Assembly: GCA_964252035.1 (NCBI GenBank)
Contig: OZ176213.1
DNA length: 64,000 nt
Origin: Podarcis erhardii
Taxonomy: Eukaryota
Strand: one strand, 5' to 3'
Shown: positions 12,037 through 25,215 of the stretch, piece after piece
Layout: each line of letters starts with the position of its first letter
How positions within the stretch are numbered: position 1 is the stretch's first letter
Position numbers and translations under genes: made by a program
Notes under the pieces: model-generated
Told to the model about the DNA's origin: nothing
The model's database searches: none
The model's input: only the letters and a program-made list of their open reading frames with translations

Positions 12037-12042
12037 TTTATT
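12037..12042 (-). promoter_or_regulatory. MAP1A: Probable MAP1A polyadenylation signal (AATAAA)
   Basis: TTTATT on + reads AATAAA on -, about 2.5 kb downstream of the MAP1A stop. Adjacent sequence looks like an AU-rich 3'UTR end. Confidence 0.55.
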
Positions 12043-14504
12043 GGTTAGTGCAGGCCCCTCCATTTACAATCATTAGAATTACAGAGAGTTGCACACAGAA
12101 ATGCAAGGGGAGAGGGGAGAGGAAACTCAGGACCTTGGATTGTACATAACATGGAGGAGAGGAGGATGGCGGGGGGAGCACTGGGCTCTATTTATACAAC
12201 ATTCAGTAGCAACAGGAGCTGGGCTAGAAGTCCTTCTCGCCGCTGCTGCCTTTGAGAAAGGTCCCCATGAGCATGACGCAGCAGAGGAGGAATTGCGTGC
12301 TGGGGCCCCCATGCAGGAACAAGCAGAAGCAGGAGCTCAATGTCTTTCTTGTCATTTCTTTCCTGGGCTACCCAACGGTCCCTCTGGGTGGGTGGTGGTG
12401 GGATTGCTAATGGAGATCAGTCTGGGTTCTTTATAAACAGCAGTTTTTACAAGGTTTGCCGTAGAACGAGAAGAAGGGAGATGCTGAAGCCAGCTTCAAA
12501 ACTACAAATTTTGGGGAAGGACTCAAGCTGGTTGGGTGGGGAAATTGGGGTTGTGGAGAGCAGATCATTGAGTAACCATGGGGCAGGGAGGGATGTGGGG
12601 GAAGATATTCCCCTGAAGTACTTTCTCCTCTGATGGAGCAGTGGGTCTAAATCCCACTGGCCCCTGCTTCAAGTTTTAAGATAGACACATTCATAGGTGG
12701 GTTAGCGCAGCAGCTCGTCTGTCCAGGCCCAGGGACCCACCACCTCTGCTGCTGGGCCTGAGCATACATGGCTTGTAGGCACTGGTCTCTGGCTGCTGCC
12801 TCATCACAAGCCATGAGGGCAAGTCCAAGACCCAAACCACAATGGATAAGCTCAACAGGAAAGCAACAATTGGGCTTGCTGGGCCCCTTCCTGCAGGGCA
12901 GGGAGCTGGAGCATGGAACTGAGCCCCTGGAGGCTGCAGAACCAAATGCCAGGGGGAAGGCAGGGGGCAGGGGCTTGTCTATCATCTGTCAAGCTTACTG
13001 CATTTAGAAATGAGATGTTTACCCTGTGCCCTGAAACCCAGAAGCCTTCAGTGTGGTGATGGCAGCTCACAGTAAAAATATTTTAAATACACACACACTC
13101 GCACACACACACACTCACACAAAATAGCATACACAGTTCCAACAAAAGGTCAGTTCCAATTACAACCCAAAGAAACTCAAAATAAATATATAGACAGTGA
13201 CCAGAAAAAATAGTTCCTATGGGTTTCTCCCCAGCTCCACTTTTCCTTTTTTCCTTTTTTCCTAGTCTGATGGCAGGAACAATTTAGACCAGCTAAGAGG
13301 GCTGAATACATTCTTTCCTAGACCAAGAGCCACACCCAAAGACTCTGTAAGGCTTTTTCAGAGCTTGCCCAAAGCGTCACACCCATGATTTGTGACTTCC
13401 CAAGTGTGCTGTTCCCTCCCTCCCTGTGGCTATAATGTGCTGGGCCATCAGCCCTGGCTTTGCCAGCAGCACAGAGGACGAAAACGGGGGCCCTCACTGT
13501 GGCTGCTGACAGCTTGAAGGGCCTCTAATGCTATCTGCAATAGCTGCGAGGAGAATGGCAGTGCATGCGGGGAGCTGGAGGAAGAGCCTGCAAACACCCC
13601 CTTCACTTGGTTTGGCCCTCAGTTCTAGCAAACAGGAGGAAAGGATGTCCTTGTATGTACAGCAGTGCCAGCTCCATCCCCAGAGGGATCCAGTCCCCAC
13701 CCACCTACCCCAATTTCCCCCCCCTTTAGCCACCGTTTTGCTCACAGGGAAATACTGGGACTTTATGAACATGATCCTCCTCCAAAGGGCAGAGTCACTT
13801 GGCAGGGGCCAGCTTCACCTCTGGCACTGCTGAAGATGCAGTATTTGGCATTTTCTGACTGCAGAGCTGAAGGGCTTCTCTGCAATGTACTCCTTGGTGC
13901 GCCAGGCTGGATTCTTTTTCCAGCACAGCTTTGGCAGAGTGTTGGGGGGCAAGCAAGCCGGTTTCCACTTTTCTGTGTCATCATCTCCTCCTCCTCCTCC
14001 TCCCAGCTCAGTTCTCACTTCACACCTGAGAGGCTGAGGAATGGTGTATCTCCTTCTCTTCCTGCTCTCGTCCTCCTTTTCACTGGTCTCTTGTGCTGCT
14101 TCTATCTGAAGCTACCCCGTGGGCTAAGTCAGACAAAGTTCTGGAGGTCAGAAGAGCCCTCAGGCAAGGAAGCAGGGAGGGAGGGGGCAGCGCTTTCGCA
14201 AGCAGCATCAAAGCAGCTGAATTATTCTACAGCAATGACGGAGGCAGCAAAATAAATCTGGAAAAGTGAAGCAGCTCCCAAGAGGGTCCCTCCACTCCAC
14301 ACACATCCAGGCATGCTGGACACGTCCTGGGCATGGTGGCAAACAAGAGCCATGTGCAGGCAGCATGTGCCCAGCAGATCCAGACCACATTTGGGACAGG
14401 AAGGAGACTTGCGCTGTGAGTAGATGGATCTCCCAGTGCTGCATGGTGGGGGGGTGGGGAAGGCGGATGGACGTATGAGATGCGCTGCTGCAGCCAGGGG
14501 GGCC

Positions 14505-14660
14505 TCAGAACTCGATCTTGCATGCAGGAAAGGACTCATCCTGCATCACCACTGTGCTGCTGCTGGCCAGGACCATGATGCTTAACTCCTGCTGCTTCTC
14601 GTGGGTCTGTTGGTACCATTCCCGGGTCACTTCCGTGTCGTGTGTTGGGATGAGAGTCAC
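14505..14660 (-). CDS. MAP1A: MAP1A exon 7, terminal (VTLIPTHDTEVTREWYQQTHE...FPACKIEF*; light chain LC2 C-terminus)
   Basis: Near-identical to the recalled MAP1A C-terminus. Acceptor cttcctcag; TGA at 14507-14505. Confidence 0.97.
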   Translation of the reverse strand: MTLIPTHDTEVTREWYQQTHEKQQELSIMVLASSSTVVMQDESFPACKIEF

Positions 14661-15183
14661 CTGAGGAAGCACAAGAGACAGGCTGGGAAGGGGTTTCCCT
14701 GGTGCTCTGGCCAATCACAGCAGGGCCAGGAAACAAGGTAGCTACCTCTAGCTAATAGAGCATCCCTTGCAGAGGCAGAAGGAGGTTTGCTGCAGGGTTG
14801 GGTCAAAGGAGCAGGTTGGAGCTAATTTTTCCAGAAGCTAGAGCAGATCTGGTGGAGGTAAGTGGGCCTCCCTCTTTGGACTTGGCTCAGAATTATTCTA
14901 GGCCAAGGAGAGGTGGCTGGGTGGGCCAATGGAGACAATGCTTTCCTGGCCAGATGAGACCAAGCAGTAACTGAGCACTGGCTTGCCTGGTGGGCATAGG
15001 GCCAGGACTGACTTAGGCAGTTTCCCTTCAAGTGAACAGTTCTTGTTGCACTGAGAAGTCATACTTTGCAGAGAAAGCAAGCTCTCCATGAGCCATGCTC
15101 TGCTGTAGCCCTTAGGTATGCTTGCAAACTCTCGCCCTCTCCTCCCCCCACTGGCTCCACAGAGAAGCCAGCCCAGCCCGTAC

Positions 15184-15416
15184 CTGCAGGTTCTCCCCCC
15201 ACTGGGCCTTCCCTTCCAGGAGGGCGTCCAACACTGCGCGACTGGGCTCCCCGCTGCCTGGGTCGTTGCCGCTCATGACGTAGTAGGAGGCCCGGACCCT
15301 CTTGAAGAATTCCTGGTCCGTGTTCTTCCCACTGCAGTGATTGGGGATGTAAGCCAGGTCCACATAGATGGGGGGCCCAGGGGGCACAGAGGAGCTGCTT
15401 TTGGGGTTGCTGGAGA
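15184..15416 (-). CDS. MAP1A: MAP1A exon 6 (PIYVDLAYIPNHCSGK...GKAQWGENLQ; LC2)
   Basis: Conserved MAP1 light-chain sequence. Acceptor ctctccctaag, donor CAG|gtacgg; 233 nt, phase 1 to 0. Confidence 0.95.
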
Positions 15417-15544
15417 CTTAGGGAGAGAGAAGAGGGAGGGGATATTAAGCCAGCTGGTGGCAACTGGGCAGGGTGGTTGCTAGCCCATCAGCTCTTTGTG
15501 AAAATGCCCCAACTAGGGATCTCTCGCATAACATTGTTCTTATT

Positions 15545-15905
15545 TTAAAAAATAGTAAATTTTATTAATATTTTCCACACAACAAGAAACAGAAAACAAA
15601 AAATAACAATAGACAAAACACAAAAACAAACATATGAAAAACAAATCCAAAACTTACAAATTAATAGTATAAACACTAAAAAGGAAAACAAACGTTGACT
15701 TCCACCAATCCCACAGCACCTCCTTTACCTCTCATTGTATCTTCCTGTTTTCCGTATCACCTCAATCCTAGCATCTGGCTAGGATCACCTGGATGGTGAT
15801 CCCTTTGCATCTCTTCCTGAGATCCCTCCAGAGAGATTCCCCCTCATAATAATGTATTTGGTAATAGCCACACCACAGTGCCGAGTTTCAGAACTGGAGA
15901 TAGTG
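15545..15905 (-). mobile_element. L1-like LINE 3' fragment in MAP1A intron 5
   Basis: AT-rich, strand-asymmetric 3'UTR-like sequence with a degenerate A tail at the left end; same architecture as the other L1 3' ends here. Boundaries approximate. Confidence 0.5.
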
Positions 15906-16143
15906 TATTTTCCACCAGCAAATCAGGTAGGCCTGATTTATCATCCATGCCCAAGATTAAATCCACAGGAAGTGCTTCTGGCAATCTTTGACCCTAAACC
16001 AGGGAGCAGAAACAGCACATTCTGGTTCTGGGAAAGTCTCCCCAACTTTGAGCAGAAGACAAACGGCTGGACACAACCAGAGGTGAGAGCACAGATGCCC
16101 CCACAATTCCCACCAAGAGGGCCAGGCCTCTGCTCAGTCTTAC

Positions 16144-19100
16144 CTGGGCTGGTTTTGACGCCATTGACGAGGTTCTTGCCAGGGTTGGGGGGACCCGTCT
16201 CTTCTCCATGGGCCTTCAGGGGCTTCTCTCTCTTGGCCAGTGCTGGCTTTGGAGGCCGGTCTGGTGGCTGTTGCTTCAAGGGGGTCGGGGACCATTTCTC
16301 AGGCTTCCGGGCAGGGGAAGAGGACTTGGGCTTGCCCAGCGGCTTCCTCACCCCTTTGTTTTTCTCCTTCAGATCCTTCTTGGATATTTTGTCAGGCCTG
16401 CTCATGTTCTGATCATTGAGCAGCACCTCGGGGTCCATCATGCAGACATCTGGGTGTGGAGGGTGAGGATGGGGGTCCACCAGGGTGATGGGTGGGGGGT
16501 CATGACCAGCTCTTGTGCTGCTGCTGCTGCTGCTGTGATGGGAGCTGCCCACAGCTTTGTCCACTGGGAGGAAATCAGCGTCTTCATCGGAGTCCATGAC
16601 CGCGTCGGCTGTGATGGAGGGGCATTCCTCTGTTTCTGGAGGGACATCCGAGTCAGACTGGGAGGTGCCAGAGTCACTTGCAGAGGTGGGGGGAGTTTCT
16701 TCTGCTGTGGCAGGGGGTTGCCTATGGCCACCAGGGATGGAGTGTGGCCTTCCTTTCACAGAAGGGTGACCTTCAGCCTGGGAACATTCACTCTCCTCTG
16801 ATGAATCCTGAGGACTGGGGTTGATGAACGATGGGGACAGCTCTCCCTTCCTTTGCTTATACTCACACGAGAACCTCTGCCCGTACTCTGAGGTGGCTCC
16901 CAGAGATGGCTCCAACTCATGGGAGGCGTCACCATGATCCTCTGCTTGGCTGCCATGCTGGGCATCTGGAAAGAAGGGCGGGAAAGCTGGCTCACAGCTC
17001 AGCAAGGAAGAGGGACGGCTTTGTCTCTCACAGTCCTCCTTCTCGTCATCCTCCTTCTCATCGTTGTCTTCCTCCTCGTCGTCCTCCTCACTCCTTGTTG
17101 CCCCTGTGAGATGTGGCCCACCATGGAAAGCAAGGGGGCTGAGGCTCACCTCTGTGGGCCCATTGGCAGTGGCAGCTGCCTCCTGCTGGCATTGGGGGGA
17201 AACAGCCAGGATGTCAGGGAGGGGAGTGGCTGCTGGCCACTCTCCAGGGCTTGGGGGCTGCTGTGTGCAGCTAACTGTGCAGCTGGACTCAGACTGCTGA
17301 GTGGGCAGAGAGGGCAGGTCCAAGCTGGCAGAGGCATCTCCTCCCATTTCACCTGAAAACATCTTTGCAGAACCTGCTGGAAGCTGTGGGGATGTGGGTT
17401 GCTGTGCTCTCTGGGCATCTGGCCCAGCAGCTGTTCCTCGATAGGGGGGGAACAAGTGGCTCTCACTGACTGCTGGATGTGTTGAGATGGAGGCCCTCAA
17501 GAAGGTTTCCTCAGGAGAGCTAGATGACTCCCTGTGCAGCTGCTGCTCTTGGGGTGCCCCAGAGAGAAGCTTCCCTCCTCCTGCTGCGAATGATGAATCC
17601 TCATGAGAAACCTTTTTGGATACCTCCAAGTATTCATCTCTCTTGCCCTTTTCAAAGGGGTCAGAATCAGGGATGCCAAAAGCAAGGGATTTGTCCCGTA
17701 AGTGGGATGAGAAATGTGCTTCGTGTCGGAACAGGATGGATGGCTGGTGCATGCCCAGGGAAGAGAGTTCAAAGCCCGAGGAAGAGCAATCCAGCCCTTT
17801 CGTCAGCAGCGCTGGGCCCTTTGGAGGGTCCTTCTCTTTAGCAGCAGAACCAAAGCAGAAGCCTTTGGAGTCGGTATCACCAAAGCCTTTCCCTATGGAG
17901 GCCTCTTCCTCCTCCTCTTCTTCTTCTTCCTCCTCCTCCTCCTCCTCTTCTTCCTCCTCCTCCTCCTTTTTGGAGCATGGCTTGCTTGAGGCCCACTCCT
18001 GCCTTTCTTGACCTGCAAGGCTGCCATAGGCAGCAACATCCTCAGCCTTCAAGGCTGTTCTCTCTTTCTGACTCTCCTCTCCCAACAATGCACCATAGGA
18101 TGCTCCTTGCCATGTCGCTGACAGACAGTCCTCCTTCTCCAGTCCTGAAATGTCTGCATAGGGTTCCTCTTCCCTCTCGCTGGCTGGCTTCAGAGCTGAA
18201 GGGGGCTCCCCTGGGTGCTTGGATTCCTTTTCGGACTTCTCCTTGGCCCCCTTCTCCAGCTCTGAGTCGCTGGCGCTCTCTTCTCCCCTTCTGGCTTGCT
18301 CATAGTACATATCCTTGGGCAGGGAGTGCTTGGGAGAAGGAGACCTTTGCTCCTGGCTGATGTTTGCATCTGGAGGGTGGGCACCTTCAATGTAAAGAGT
18401 TGTCTCCTCCTGCTTCAGCATGCCTGCCACATCAGTGTGGGAGCTAAAGCCTTTGTCCCCCAGAGAGGCTGCAGGCAGGGAGCTCACCAGACTTCCTGGC
18501 AGAAGAGGTGAAGAGTCTGCAAGGCTCTCATCAGGCTGTGGGTTGTCCTGGGCTGTCAAGCTCTGTGGTACACTGGGCTTCTCTGCTATCTGAAGAGGAT
18601 GGCCCTGGGCATGAACCTCTGCATACTCAAAGGAGGGCTCTGCTTTGTCCTTTGGGGAAACTGGAGACGAGAGCTCTTTCTCAGTAGGAGTGTAGAGGCA
18701 AGACTCTTCTTCCTTGGAGGAGATGGGGTAAAGGGTTGTCCCTATCTTGAGACCCACATCTTTTCCAAGGTGGCCAATGCTAGACATGACAACATTCTCA
18801 TAGATATCTGCATAATGGAAAGTCTTCTCATGAGGGTAAGGAGTTGCTTCTCTCTCTTCCCCTTTCCCAAGAGTGTCAACTTTGGGTTCACAGAGCCCAG
18901 ACTGACTGGGAGAGTCTGTGGTGCTGAACCAGGAGTGATGCTCTGCTTGGTCAATGGAGATTGTGTCCTGCAAAGGGGTTGCAAGGTCTCCACTTCCTCC
19001 AAGGTGGGTGGACTCACTCTTCCCTGGCTCCACAACTGCAGGGGCCCTGTCTTCCTGGGATCCTACTGGACTCAGCAGAGCTGCCCTCACAACCTGCTCC

Positions 19101-22100
19101 TTTTGGCTTTCCTCTGAGCAAGTGTGAGATTCCATCTCAGCCTCCTGCTCTCTGTCCTGCATCTCTTTGGGATCCCACTTGCTTTTGTAGACATCATCAC
19201 TCTCTGATCTCCTCTCTGTGGTTCCTGATTGGAGTGTGGGCACACTTTGGTCTACTGCAGGGGACTTTTGCTGCTCTGGTGCAGATGCTTCTCTCTCCTC
19301 TTCCAAAGCAGGAGGCTCCACCACAGAGCTGGACCATGGCTCTGTGGCCACTTCCTCCTCAGCTTGCTCAGGGGGGGACTCCTCCCTCCACCCTGTTGTA
19401 GGCGGAATCTTGACCTGGTGTGGAGGGGACAGTATGGCCCATTCCAGGCCGGATGTTGACACACTTTCTAGCCCAGGAGATGGGGGGCTTTTGGAGCCAG
19501 GCATCTTAGATTCCTTTATGTCCAGGGCACTGTGTTCAGCAGCTGCTTGTGGAAATGCCTGTGTTTGGTCAGATGATGTTTCTGGCACCTGCTGGGCCAC
19601 AACCTTGTCACTCGCATGGGGAAAGTGGTTCTCAGGAGGTGTCTCTTGCTTCAAAGTGGCAAAGTCTTCATGGAAGTGCCTGTATCCTGAGTCCCAAATG
19701 TCTTTCCTGGCCAGTCCAGAAATGTCATCTTCAGACTCTGCCGCAGAGTGAGAAATCACTCCCTCTTCAGTCATGGGAGGAGGAGGAGGAGGAGCCTTTG
19801 TTTCATGTTTTTCTGCTTCCTCATCCAAGAAGGTACATTCCCCTCTTTCTTTCCCATACTTTGGCTTTTGCTCTTTGCATGGCACTTCCTTCATCTCCTC
19901 TGGAAACCACACTTTCTTCTCAGAGTTTGTGTCTTTCAGATAAATATCTTCCATTTCTGGAGATTCCTCCTCCTCCTCCTCCTCCTCCTCTTCAGTATCC
20001 TGCTCCTCTTCCAGCAACTGACGAGGCCCCATCTCCTCAGAGGAGACTTGCGAGGGCTCCTTCTCTAAAACTGGGCTTGGTTCTGTGAAGCTTGAAGACT
20101 TTGAACCTGGACTTTCTTTGGGGGAAGGTCTTGGAGATGGTTCTTTGATAGGCTCTTTTTCAGCTAAGGATACGGCTCTGGCATCTTCCATAATAGTGTC
20201 TGCAGAAGACATCGTGAGGGTGGCATGACTGTCTTGGAATGGATCCTTCCCATGGAATGAAAGGGAACTAAGCGAATTGCCTTTGACCAAAGCTTCAGAT
20301 GTTTTGCTTCCAAAAGGGCTCTGCTCTGTGTAAGACTGGTAGCTCATTTCAGGAGAGAATTGTTCTGTGAACACGTCTGATGAGGACTTCTGAGCAGGGA
20401 CCTCTTTTGTAGACAGAGACTGAGCATCAGGTTGAGAACCCTCTCCTGTGAACAAGTGCAAAGAGGTTTCTTCACTAAGGCTCACAGAAATGTCACTGCC
20501 TTCTGGGGAAGAGTATTTGATAGCAACTGAGGGGGGTCCCTCTTGGCCTAAGTTGCGCTCTGTGAAATGTAGAGCATTCCCATCTTCTGGCAATTTTTCC
20601 ATGGCAATATCATCTGAATATTTTGCTTTCCCAGGAGTGTCTTCAATAAATGGGAACACCTTTGCTTCCTCTGGTGAAAGCGGTTTTGTGGGCGCTTGTG
20701 AAGAACTCTCACCAAAAGCTCTATCGGAAAGTTCCTCCCACCCTTCTGGAGGAGGAATTTCAGCCGCAGAGAAGAGCACCTCATGGGCAGGACACTTCAT
20801 GCTTTCCTGGGAGGCTTGCTCGGTAATGTCTGCTCCCTTCAATGGAGAGCCCTCTTTGGGCTCTAGAAGTGTGTCTTTGGTGAGAGGATAAAGGTCAGAA
20901 ATGTCCAGGGTCTCTTGCTTGTGGTAGAAGCTGATGGCCAGCTCCTCTTTCTCAAGAAGCAGTCTCCGATCCTCACTCTGGACAGGTGCGGATTCTGATG
21001 CAGTCACACTTTCTGGGACAGGCTTGTCCTGAAGGACAGGTGATGCCTCTTTCCCCCCAGAAAAGAGCCCCTCAGTAGCAGCGACCTCTCCTTCAAAAGC
21101 CCTGGAGATCTCAGTGGCTTTGCTGGGACTTCTTTCTTCATCCCATTTCACAGGGGCCTCAGAAGACTTGTCAAACAGCTCAGCCTCCACAGTGTCCGAT
21201 TTCTCCTCTACAGGGGACTGGTGGAAAGGTGTGTGCCCAGCGCTGGTGGGGCCCGACTGGGTGGGAGATGCCATCTTGACTGTGCTGTCATCAGGGCTCA
21301 TGCACCGCTCTTCAGCCTCACCAGAGCCTGCAACTACCTGCAGCAACTGGGCTTCTCCGTCGAGTATCAGCATGGCCTCTTGGGATCCTTCCACTGGCAC
21401 TCCTGTTAAATCATCTCCCAGGGGCCCTTGCTGAGAAAACAAAGGTGCATCATAATGACCCTGCGCTCTCCAAGGCTTCTCAATATTTGGTGTCTCATCT
21501 TCTTCTTCCTCCTCCTCTTCCTCCTCCTCCTGTTCTGGTTCCTGTTGCTGCTGCAGGCCCTTTTTACAGGCCTCAAGCCTCCTCTCACCTTCTGCTTGTA
21601 TACGGAAGTCTTCTGGAGGTGGAGACTTGAAGCCTTTGTCCTCCTCTAGTGAAGATGTGGGAGAAATGGTGCCAGCGGAGGGAACATAGTCCAGACCTTG
21701 GGTAGCCTCTGTTCTAGAGGAAGGAATGCTGTTCACTGTATCCAGCAGCAAGGAGCTTTTGCCAGTATCCTCTGTCTGCGGTGCTGTTATCGAGGCAACA
21801 GACTGGTCCTCTGCAACAGAGGTGGCAAAAGAGGAGAGCTTGTCACACTCTGTGATGGATGTTGCTGAAGAAACATGCTCCTCTTCTGCCAAGGGGGCAG
21901 CCACAATGTTGGTGGGGTAGGCAAGGACTGCAGGGTCTTGGCCAGCAGCTGCCATGGCCTGGATCCCGTGGATAGCTTCAAAGGAGCCAGTCTGGTCTGG
22001 CACCGCAATGTCAGAGGAGCTAATATCTGTCTTGAGCTGGGGCAGCCTCTCCTCCTGCTCATCGTGAATCTCTTCATCGGAGATGGTTTGCTCTGTCTCT

Positions 22101-24496
22101 GAGTAGCCAGGGATGGTCTCATCCTGGATGTAGGAGATGTGTTCTCCAAGTGGGGCTGGAGCGCTGCCCAGGCAGGATTCCTCTTCCTCCCCCTTGCCCA
22201 TTCTTTGCTTCCCAGGCAGTCTGCTTTCCTCCTTGGCCTCTTTTTCCTTCCCTCTGGAGGGAAAGAGGGGACCTTCTGGCTGCTGGAAGAGAGAAGGCTC
22301 ACTTTTCTCTGCCTCTTCCCTTTTGGCCTCTGCAAGGGGCTGTTCAGTCCCTTCCAGCTCTGCCTGTTCCAATCCCTTGTCTCTCCTGTCCATTTGCCTC
22401 TCTGCCTGTGTCTCCATCCACTTCATTTCCAAAGCAGAATATTTGTCTTCCGAGTAATCACCGGAAGCCTGCATTATATCTCTCTCTCCTGCTTCTTTTC
22501 CGGAGACTTCTGCTGTTCTCTCAAGGGGCTCCCCCAAGGTGGCTGCTCTCTCATCAGGTCTTTTGGGCATTTCCCCTCCCCCCTCCTTGCCCGTTTCCTC
22601 CTCTGTTGCACCTTGGGACCAGGAGTCTGGGCCACTGACTCCTTCTGGGATCAGGTCTGTCTCCTGAGCAGCCACATCACTAAGCCCCTGCTTTTCTGCC
22701 TCTCCTTCTGCAGGACCAGGTGCCTCTGGAAGCCCGGCCTGCTTTTCAGCCTTAAGCTCCTCAAAGTCCTTGGTGAGGTCCTCTGGGGAAGACAAGACCA
22801 GCCTGTGCTCAGCCACGCCTGCTGGTTCTGGGGGCTGGCTTGGTGGCTTCCTGGGCACAGGCAAGGCCTTCTTTGGCTCTCCATGGGCAGCGTCCTTCTC
22901 AGCTTTGCTGCGAGCTTTCTCCGCTTTGATCCGACCAGGAGCTTTTGCCTTGTACAAAGTCTTCCTCACTTCAGGGGTGAATGACTTCAAGTCTGGCTTT
23001 GAAATCTTTTTCAGCTCTGGCTTGGCTTCCTTCTTTTTCTCTTCTTTCTTTGACTCCTTCCTTTCCTCTTTCTTCCCATCGTCTTTCTTAATCTCCTTCC
23101 TCTCTTTCTTGATCTCTTTCTTCTCCTTGTCCCTTTTCTCCTCCAACTTAGACACTTTCTCCTTGAGGTGCTTCTTGCCCATTTTGTCCTTGCTGTGTTT
23201 CCTTTTCTCTGCTTTGAGGGCATCGCTGGAGTCCATTCTTACTTTCTCTGCCTTGGGGGGCTTTTCCAGTGGCTCCTTGGCCTTCTTCTCTGTCTTGGCC
23301 TCTTTGAGGACCTCGGACTTCGCCTCCTTTGCTCCCTCCTCACCACTTGCCTTGGCAGCTGCCGGCTTAGAAGACTTGAGGCTTTCCTTGCTGTCTGTCC
23401 TCTGCTTGATCTTGGTCTGCTTGAGTGCCAGGGTGGGAAGGCCAGAGGCAATTTCCTTTTGCGTAGCAACAGGATACTTCAGGAAATCCAAGTGCCTGAG
23501 TTTCTCAAGCCCTTCCAAAATCTTGTTTTGTGGTGCATTCCCAGGGAACAAAACTCGCACTATTTTTTCTGTTGGACTTGCTGGGAGCCACACAACCAAG
23601 GCGGTGATGGAGGTCAGGTAGGGTACAGAGATCTCCCCTTCCTTCCCATTGGCCAGAATGATGCCCGTCTTGGCCTTGCTGTTCCCAGCCCACTTCTGCA
23701 TGAGGAACTGCATCTCCTTGCTCTCCTTGACTGGGTTCAAGACATACATGTCCAGTTTCCCAACACCCATTTTGTGGAACAAGGTGATGGGCTCAATTGT
23801 GTTGCTGACAACCCTGTAAAGGGGCTCTGGCTTCACGCCCAGCCTGTTGAGGTACTGCAGGGTCAGGCTAGCCTCCTCAATGCTTCTCTTGACCTTCATG
23901 GAAGACTCGGGCATTTTGAGCTTCTCAGGGACATTGAAGAAAACCACCCCAAGTTCAGGGGAGATGAGATTCTTCATCCAGTCACTGTAGTTGGTGGAGC
24001 CCTGAGACTGCTCCTCGTCCTGCTCAGCGATCTTCCTCTGCAAGAGACCATTGATGCCAGGGAGGTTATCAGCCCCAATGTGGGTAAGGAGAACAGAGTC
24101 AATTCTGTCCAGGTGCCGCACCAGCTTCCAGAAACAGGACTTCCTCTCTGAACCGCCATCCACCAGGATGTTGAACCCATTGACAGCAAAGAGCGCTGAA
24201 TCCCCCCTCCCTCCAGGGAAGATGTAGCAGCAGGGCTTGGACAGCTTGAGGAAGCCCCCTGAGGTTGGGGGTTCCAAGAGGTCAAAGGGAGATGGGACAT
24301 CCACTGTCTCAGAGACATACTCGGCAAACTCAGAGATCCCATCCATCTCTGGCAGAATTGGGTCAGGGTTCAGTCTCAGACTGAGAAGGTCCTGGAATCG
24401 GGGGTGTCCTAGGTTGCTCCAATCTCCCTCTCCCAAGCACGACACAGTCAGGGAGGCCTTGGAAGCTGGATCTGTGTTGCTGAGAAGCTGGGCAAC
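16144..24496 (-). CDS. MAP1A: MAP1A giant exon 5 (8353 nt; MDGISEF start of short isoform at 24346; KKE basic repeats; acidic/proline-rich middle)
   Basis: 2834-aa ORF with VSETVDVPSPFDLLEPPTSGGFLKLSKPCCYIFPGGRGDSALFAVNGFNILVDGGS matching recalled MAP1A. Acceptor ctcttgtag, donor CCAG|gtaaga. Confidence 0.98.
17903..17965 (-). repeat. MAP1A: Coding GAG/GAA repeat, 21 consecutive Glu in MAP1A
   Basis: 21 CTC/TTC triplets on +, inside exon 5. Confidence 0.95.
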
Positions 24497-25074
24497 CTAC
24501 AAGAGTCAGAAGCAGGCAATAGTCAGAAGCACCACAAAAGGTCCTTGACACCCCCCCCCCCAAATGTCTTTTTTAGTCAAATCCATGCAAGCTCAACTGT
24601 TAACTAGAACTGGAAACCTACCAGTCAACCTATGTAACTAACTATTGTTCTTGGGTGGCCAGAGGTGTCCACCAGATGTATCAATAATAGCATCCTGGAA
24701 ATATGCTACTCTGGAGACTAATAATCTGAAAGGGGCCTCTGCAGGAAATCAAGTGTTTCCCAAGCCTACAATAAGCCAGGAGTTGGAATGCATGGTGAAT
24801 AAAGTTCTGGTAACACATCCTGAATGCCTGGGAAGATTTGTAACGTGTACAACAGTAGTAGCAGCAATCCTCATTTAAGGTGGTCCCAAACTCAGTACCC
24901 CATGACACTGCGGGGTGTTAATCTTAGGCAAAGGATTTTCCAAGACAAGCTGTGAAATAAGACTTAACCTAGGACTAAAAAGAAGACAACAGCCTGAGGA
25001 TGGCCTCCAAAGCCACCTATGTCAGCCAGATTCTTACACATACAAATCCCAGATTCCCCACCCACCCAATTTAC

Positions 25075-25215
25075 CTCTGGATCTGCAAGGATCTCAGCAA
25101 ATTTCTGGTAGGTGAAGGTCCCAGCCTGCAGGATCAAATCTCCTTCTTGGTCTGTGCTCTGTCCACAGAGCACTAGCAGCTTGTAGGCAGAAGGGTCACA
25201 TATCAAGGAACGAAC
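25075..25215 (-). CDS. MAP1A: MAP1A exon 4 (VRSLICDPSAYKLLVLCGQ...ILADPE)
   Basis: 141 nt, the size recalled for the MAP1-family equivalent exon. Canonical AG/GT; homology to SAYKLLILSGQ. Confidence 0.93.

Noticed and set aside
15941-16143. C-terminal extension of the 2834-aa MAP1A ORF
   Set aside because: Read-through of the CCAG|gtaaga donor. The conserved light-chain sequence continues in exons 6-7.
22139-24151. Long antisense ORFs (281, 283, 327 aa) over MAP1A exon 5
   Set aside because: Shadow ORFs expected from the Lys/Glu/GC3-rich codon usage of the real strand.
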